Positions 58,959-64,000 of a stretch of 64,000 bases of DNA are shown one piece after another. The position numbers were made by a program, and so were the translations under genes. Every line of letters begins with the position of its first letter. The stretch's first letter is position 1. Below the pieces are notes generated by a model. That model searched no databases, was not told the origin of the DNA, and saw nothing but the letters and a program-made list of their open reading frames with translations. The stretch is from Armatimonadota bacterium (GTDB taxonomy: Bacteria; Armatimonadota; UBA5829; DSUL01): contig JBDHZC010000003.1 of the NCBI GenBank assembly GCA_039811685.1, forward strand, positions 64,001-128,000. Reading direction: 5' to 3'.

Positions 58959-60227
58959 ATGACACACGTTTTCAAAAGCGCTCTTTCGCTGGTTTTCATC
59001 GCTGCGGCGGTTGCTGGCGCGCTCTTACCGGTGCGGGCGTGGGCTGCTCCGGATCCAAAGGCAGACGGCAGCGCGGACGCGTCTTCCGCCATTCAGGCGA
59101 AGCTTGACGCCCTTGCCGGAGACGGCGGAGTTTACAGTCTGCCTGCAGGGCGGTACCGGCTGGACCACGGCATCAGCGTTCCCACCGGAGTTACACTGGC
59201 GGGAACCTGGCAGGCGCCTCACCACGCGGAGGGCAGGAAAGGCACCATTCTGCTTGGCTACGCCGGAAAGGGCAGGGAGGCGGGAGCGCCACTCATCCAC
59301 CTGTCGCCCAACAGCACGCTCAAAGGTGTCACCATTTTCTACCCCGAGCAAAAGCTGCCGGATCCGTTCCCTTACCCGTGGACCATTCAGGGCGAAGGCA
59401 TGCACGGCAGCGTTATTGACGTGACGCTTGTGAACTGCTACAAAGGCATAGACTTTGGCGACAAGCCAAACGAACTGCACTACATCCGCAACGTTTTTGG
59501 CTGTCCACTGAAGGCCGGTATCCACATCGACCAATGCACAGACATCGGGCGCATTGAGAATGTCCACTTCAATCCGCACTACTGGCAACGCTCCGGCGAG
59601 CCGGGCATCCCCTCCTGGGAGAATCTGCTGAGCTATCTCTTCCACAACCTCATTGCGTTCAGCATCGCCCGTAGCGACTGGGAGTTCATGCAGAACACCT
59701 TTTCTTTCGGGGCAAAAGTCGGCTACCGCTTCTACTCCAGCAAAGCGGGCGCGTGCAATGGCAACTTTTCAGGAATCGCGGCGGACTGGGCCGAGACCGC
59801 AGTCCTTGTTGAGCAAACTCAGCCGCCCGGACTGCTCATTACCAACGGTGAGTTTGTCGGCGGGAAAGGCAGCAAAGCGGTCATCGACGTGCGCCCGTCG
59901 CACAGTGGCGTCGTGCAGCTTTCCAACTGCGCCTTCTGGGGTCCCGTGGAGACGAATGTGCGCGTGGATGGGCCGGGCTATGTCAGCCTCAGTCAGTGCA
60001 ACTTCGTCAACTGGGACGCAAATAATACAGGCGCCGCGTGTGTTCAGGCTGTCGGCGGTGAGATCAACATCGCGAACTGCATGTTCCGCGAAGACAAAAG
60101 CCAGATTGAGCTTCAGTCCGGTGTCCTCACCGCCACAGTGCTTGGAAACCGCTTCGCCGGCGCCCAGCGCATCCAGAATCAGAGCGCGGGAGATGTCCAG
60201 ATCGCCAACAACGTGACGCGTAAATAA
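58959..60227 (+). CDS. Secreted right-handed beta-helix protein (pectate lyase 3/GH28-related superfamily)
   Basis: Signal peptide; ADG..D.S.AIQA.LD, LPAGRY and VP.GVTL.G; Asn/Cys-ladder beta-helix pattern. Confidence 0.8.
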   Translation: MTHVFKSALSLVFIAAAVAGALLPVRAWAAPDPKADGSADASSAIQAKLDALAGDGGVYSLPAGRYRLDHGISVPTGVTLAGTWQAPHHAEGRKGTILLGYAGKGREAGAPLIHLSPNSTLKGVTIFYPEQKLPDPFPYPWTIQGEGMHGSVIDVTLVNCYKGIDFGDKPNELHYIRNVFGCPLKAGIHIDQCTDIGRIENVHFNPHYWQRSGEPGIPSWENLLSYLFHNLIAFSIARSDWEFMQNTFSFGAKVGYRFYSSKAGACNGNFSGIAADWAETAVLVEQTQPPGLLITNGEFVGGKGSKAVIDVRPSHSGVVQLSNCAFWGPVETNVRVDGPGYVSLSQCNFVNWDANNTGAACVQAVGGEINIANCMFREDKSQIELQSGVLTATVLGNRFAGAQRIQNQSAGDVQIANNVTRK

Positions 60228-60272
60228 CGCGGCTTCCGTCTGTTACGCGGTGTCCACAGACCTCCTTGCCGG

Positions 60273-61067
60273 TCAGTCATACCCGTGCCCGTAGCCGTCT
60301 CTGCTGAACACACCATTTGGTGACACACGCTCGCTGTCGAAGCTGGTGGAGCTGGTCACAAACTGCGCGTGCCCATCAGCGAAAATCACGGTCGCGCCGC
60401 CGGGGTGCCACTGCCTGTACCAATCCGGGACATACCAGTAGCGCGTGCCTGTCGGGTCTTCCTTTGGCCCAGCCCAGGGCATCATCTCATCCCGCATTAT
60501 CCGCGTCTCAGAGGGAAACTCGAACTCGGCGTCCCTGATGATGTGGTGCGGTTTGTTCACCTGCGCGTCGTTCTGGGTGGAGTTGTCCGGGTTGCCTGGC
60601 TGATTCACGATGCTGAAGCAACCTTTAGTGAATCTGTAGCTGGACCCGAATTTTTTGGCGTAGCTTTCAATATTTTGGCCACCGTTGGGGCCGCCGGTAT
60701 CGTCAGGACATTCGAAAATGCCCTGGCTTTTCGCATATGGCAGCACCTGCACTTCTACGCCTTTGTGAGGTGTCGTCGTGCAGTACATTTGAAAGATAGG
60801 CCAGGAGCTGTTGTTGTCATCCACATACATGCGCACGGCAGTGCCCACTTGCCGCGCCTGCGTCAGGCATGTAGCTACCCTTGCCCGTTCTTTGGCGCTG
60901 GTGAATACAGGAAAGAGAATCGCCGCCAGAATAGCGATGATGGCGATGACAACCAGAAGCTCGATGAGCGTGAATCCGTGTTCGTGTTGTATCCCGACGT
61001 GAGCTGAAGCGCGGCTGTGAGTCTGGTTGCGCGCGCCGCCTGCGTTGCGTCGTCTGAGTGCCCTCAT
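60273..61067 (-). CDS. Prepilin-type N-terminal cleavage/methylation protein with C-terminal H-X9-DG motif (DUF1559-like)
   Basis: G|FTLIELLVVIAIIAILAAILFPVF..A.E.AR...C; F.CP.D; HPGGATVIFADGH; GGAGG RBS. Confidence 0.92.
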   Translation of the reverse strand: MRALRRRNAGGARNQTHSRASAHVGIQHEHGFTLIELLVVIAIIAILAAILFPVFTSAKERARVATCLTQARQVGTAVRMYVDDNNSSWPIFQMYCTTTPHKGVEVQVLPYAKSQGIFECPDDTGGPNGGQNIESYAKKFGSSYRFTKGCFSIVNQPGNPDNSTQNDAQVNKPHHIIRDAEFEFPSETRIMRDEMMPWAGPKEDPTGTRYWYVPDWYRQWHPGGATVIFADGHAQFVTSSTSFDSERVSPNGVFSRDGYGHGYD

Positions 61068-61093
61068 GGTGTACCTCCACCGGAGCGGCCACA

Positions 61094-61135
61094 CAAACGA
61101 AAACGCCGCCGACCGGAAACTCCCGGCCCGCGGCG
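61094..61135 (-). terminator. Intrinsic terminator in the riboswitch expression platform
   Basis: Minus strand CGCCGCGGGCCGGGAGTTTCCGGTCGGCGGCG followed by TTTTCGTTTG, between the aptamer and the RBS. Confidence 0.7.
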
Positions 61136-61207
61136 AAACAGACGATCCATTTAGAAGAAGGTCTCAATGAAGAGTGACGGAAGACGCTCCCGCAGCTCTT
61201 CGCTATT

Positions 61208-61300
61208 CCGCTTTCCTACGCCGGCATTATCCGGATCAGGTTCCTGGGGTCGCTCCGTTATTGCGGAGCCTCTCAGCCGGCGAACCGGCTCCCCCAGCGG
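61208..61300 (-). ncRNA. TPP (thiamine pyrophosphate) riboswitch
   Basis: Minus strand CCGCT-GGGGGAGCC...GGCTGAGA...GACCC.AGGAACCTGATCCGGATAATGCCGGCGTAGGAA-AGCGG. It has the UGAGA and AACCUGAUC.GGAUAAUGCC.GCGUAGG consensus and a closing P1 stem. Confidence 0.95.
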
Positions 61301-61492
61301 TGACATCTCGCAGTCGGCATGCGGCGTGCGCCGCCCCGTTGCTGTTCAACGTACCTGCCGCGAGCCATTGGCTCGCTGGCAAGTCCCAACTTCACTATAC
61401 CCATCCTGACCTCCATTCGCAACCAAACCTCGCCTTTGCCGCGCCACACATGCTGCAATCGACGTGCGCTGCTTGGAAAACTCCAGTTATTC

Positions 61493-61521
61493 TTGACAGA
61501 CCACCGATAGTAATGTAGCTT
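61493..61521 (+). promoter_or_regulatory. Candidate sigma70 promoter
   Basis: TTGACA-N17-TAGCTT upstream of the ORF at 61577. Confidence 0.45.
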
Positions 61522-61576
61522 AGAGAATAACCTCTCATAATTCCGCGCTATCTGGCTCGAGTAATGTTGGTCTAAT

Positions 61577-64000
61577 ATGTCTGTGTTCACTTTCTTTCCT
61601 GAGTTCGCCTGTACTCCGGCTGTCCGGCGTCTGGCGCTAGCGTCTGTGTGGCTGACGCTTTTGTCTGCTGTTTTGGTCGGGGCTGACTGTATTACCGCTC
61701 CGGTTCCCGGGACTCCTTCAGTCTTTGGCGCGTCCACCAACAGCCTCAAAGTCGCCGCCTCCGCATCCGACCTGGACGATGTCTATATCGCCTTTCTGGT
61801 GACGGACGGCGCCTACACCCAGAGGTACGTTCAGGCTAACGGCGCTCTCGGCGCGTCTCCCGTCTGGAAGCTGCGCACGGACTGGAAAGCCGTCACAGTT
61901 ACAGGGCTCTCGAGCGCAACATCCTACATCTTTCAGAGCATCGCCGCTCGGGATACAGGCGGCGCCTGTGCTTCGGAGCCAGGCTCTCCCGCAGAAGGCA
62001 CAACGCTGATGATGTCCGGGGCATTCGCGGTGCCGCCAGGCTTCAGCGCCTCTCTGTGGATGAGCCCCGGGTCAGGCATCAACGGCGGAGATGGCGTCAC
62101 GTTCGCTCCGTACACGGGTCCTGGAGGGGGCACACGGATGTTCATCACGAACGCCTACTGGGGATCTGGAAAGGTCTTTAGCGTCAAGATCAACGGAGAT
62201 GGCTCAGCGGGCGTGACACAGGATTTTGCCTCCGGTTTTGAAGATCAGATAGTCAGCGCAACGTACAATCCAGCTAACGGCTACTGGTACGCGGGAGCGG
62301 GCACCAAAGTCTACTGGATGAAGGACAAAAACGGCGACGGTGATGCGCTGGACCCCGGAGAGAAGGGCGTACTGTTGAGCAACCTTGTAAGCGCTGGTAG
62401 CAAGCACGCTGTGGACAAGGTCCAGTTCAACCCGCAGAATCCGAGAGAACTGTTTTTTGGCGTGGGTTCTCATAGCGATCACGGCGAGTCTGCCGACCCT
62501 GCCTATCAGGCGATTATCCGCCGGGCGATGCTCTCACCAACCAATCCGGAGCAGGTGACCGCCGAGTCTATCAACGACCCTTCGTACTACATTTACGCAA
62601 GCGGCTTGCGGAACTCAAGCGGTGAGGTTTTTCTGACCGATGGACGCCTCGTCGCCACAGAACATGCCCCGGACTGTGACGTTTCTGAGGAGCTGAACGT
62701 CATCACCCAGGGTGCGTGTTATGGTTTTCCGGCGTGGTATGCAGACGGAACTGAGCCGACCGGAGGAGCGGTGTCGTGCTTCCCGCAAGGAACCTGCAAC
62801 TTCACGTGTCCGTGCCCCAATGACTTTACAAAGCCTGTCGCTCTCTTCCCGCCCCACTCAGCGCCCATTGGCATCGTGCAGTACACGCTCACGCAGTTTC
62901 CACTCAAGTACAGAGGACGTCTCTTCGTAGCGGAGTTTGGCAATCTGGTGAATATGCAGGATACCTCCTCCGGGCGTCGCCTGAGCATGTTTCAACCGGA
63001 CTCTGACGACGGCACAGGACACTGGCAGCGGGCCGATTTTTTCAGCGAGCCCAACACGAACGTCAATACGCGCCAGTTATCCTGGCTCGCCGATGTCCAG
63101 CAAGGACCGGACGGAGCGTTGTACGCTGTTGAGTTCTCAAACCAGGGTTTTGGCGGTAACAGCGGCTCTATCTTTCGCTTAAGCTTCTCCGACCCGACTC
63201 CTCCCACTGCGATATCTGTTCAGGATGAAGGATCGGTTACGGGAAGCACAAGCACGTTGAATGTCACGTGGACTCCCTCGTTTGATCCGCAGTCCGGCAT
63301 CCGCCAGTACTGGTACAGCGTTGGCACCGCGCCGGGGCTGGCAGATGTCAGGGGGTGGACTGGCGCTGGAAATGTGCTCAAAGCCTCAATTCAGGGACTG
63401 TCTCTCCAGAACGGGCAGACCTACTACGTGAATGTTCGCGCCGAGAACGGTAACCTTGGGACCAGCTTCCAGGGCGTGTTCTCTCCCGTTGCGAGTACCG
63501 ACGGTATTACAGTCAGCGTCCTGCCACCTGTCTCATTGCAGATCGAAGCGCCCTCAGTGACTGCGACAGCGAGAGGCCCGGCGACGTTCCCCGTCACCTA
63601 CCTGAACGCCTCGTCTGTTTCGCTGAGTCCTTCAGACGTGACTCTGATTGCAACCGGAAGCGCATCCGGCACGATTTCCGTTGTTGGAAGCGGTCTCAGT
63701 CAGCGCGACGTCGTTGTGAGCGACATTACCGGAGATGGAACTCTGGCCATATCCATAGCCGCAGGAACTGCCTCCAATCTCAGTTCATCAGCGCCGGCCG
63801 CAGGGCCGTCCGCCGCTGTTGTGGTCGATACAACCGCCCCGATAGTGTCGCAGGCGTCTCTTGAACCGGATTGTGTCCACTCCGGCGGTCCTTTGACTGT
63901 GCGGGCGACAGTTCAAGATAGCGGAACCGGAGTCAGTGCTTCCGGCGCTTTGTTGCTTGGTTCAAATATCGCACTCAACGCGGATTTTGAGGACGGCACG
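61577..64000 (+). CDS. Large secreted multidomain protein: FN3-like, sorbosone/soluble sugar dehydrogenase-like beta-propeller, FN3/Ig-like domains; 3' truncated
   Basis: Missing from the ORF track, presumably because no stop is reached. Partial manual translation gives a signal peptide, LFFGVGS, YASGLRN, EELN.I..G..YGFP, PHSAPIG...FP..YRG.LFVAEFG and D.QSGI.QY.YSVGTAPG..DV..WT. Confidence 0.85.
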   Translation, partial: MSVFTFFPEFACTPAVRRLALASVWLTLLSAVLVGADCITAPVPGTPSVFGASTNSLKVAASASDLDDVYIAFLVTDGAYTQRYVQANGALGASPVWKLRTDWKAVTVTGLSSATSYIFQSIAARDTGGACASEPGSPAEGTTLMMSGAFAVPPGFSASLWMSPGSGINGGDGVTFAPYTGPGGGTRMFITNAYWGSGKVFSVKINGDGSAGVTQDFASGFEDQIVSATYNPANGYWYAGAGTKVYWMKDKNGDGDALDPGEKGVLLSNLVSAGSKHAVDKVQFNPQNPRELFFGVGSHSDHGESADPAYQAIIRRAMLSPTNPEQVTAESINDPSYYIYASGLRNSSGEVFLTDGRLVATEHAPDCDVSEELNVITQGACYGFPAWYADGTEPTGGAVSCFPQGTCNFTCPCPNDFTKPVALFPPHSAPIGIVQYTLTQFPLKYRGRLFVAEFGNLVNMQDTSSGRRLSMFQPDSDDGTGHWQRADFFSEPNTNVNTRQLSWLADVQQGPDGALYAVEFSNQGFGGNSGSIFRLSFSDPTPPTAISVQDEGSVTGSTSTLNVTWTPSFDPQSGIRQYWYSVGTAPGLADVRGWTGAGNVLKASIQGLSLQNGQTYYVNVRAENGNLGTSFQGVFSPVASTDGITVSVLPPVSLQIEAPSVTATARGPATFPVTYLNASSVSLSPSDVTLIATGSASGTISVVGSGLSQRDVVVSDITGDGTLAISIAAGTASNLSSSAPAAGPSAAVVVDTTAPIVSQASLEPDCVHSGGPLTVRATVQDSGTGVSASGALLLGSNIALNADFEDGT

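Overview
A gene-dense, GC-rich bacterial window. The lineage is probably Armatimonadota or similar; this is inferred from the PEP-CTERM proteins, a prepilin/H-X9-DG protein and the style of the secreted multidomain proteins. It holds about 50 CDS. Housekeeping genes include the 3' end of ribBA, ribH, an HtrA protease, rnd, ppc, dapL, tldD/tldE, lemA, queF, actP and an ABC-F ATPase. Other genes include a two-component pair, an ABC exporter, a GH78 rhamnosidase, two PEP-CTERM proteins, several secreted metalloproteases and four tRNAs (Leu-GAG, Val-CAC, Gly-CCC, Cys-GCA). I found no mobile element or CRISPR array. Most notable: (1) a TPP riboswitch with a terminator sits directly upstream of a lone prepilin-type/H-X9-DG gene, hinting that this uncharacterised pilin-like family acts in thiamine or precursor acquisition; (2) two tandem ~1400-aa secreted proteins share one ~830-aa Cys-rich, putatively Ca-binding stalk but carry unrelated protease heads (M6 and M4), behind a sigma54-like promoter; (3) a bacterial Clp1-type polynucleotide kinase lies next to a histidine phosphatase; (4) a CLC protein with non-canonical selectivity residues sits opposite a MarR gene, with a perfect palindrome between them; (5) many genes have apparently leaderless starts. 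All family calls come from motif recognition by eye, not database searches, and start codons were refined by hand.
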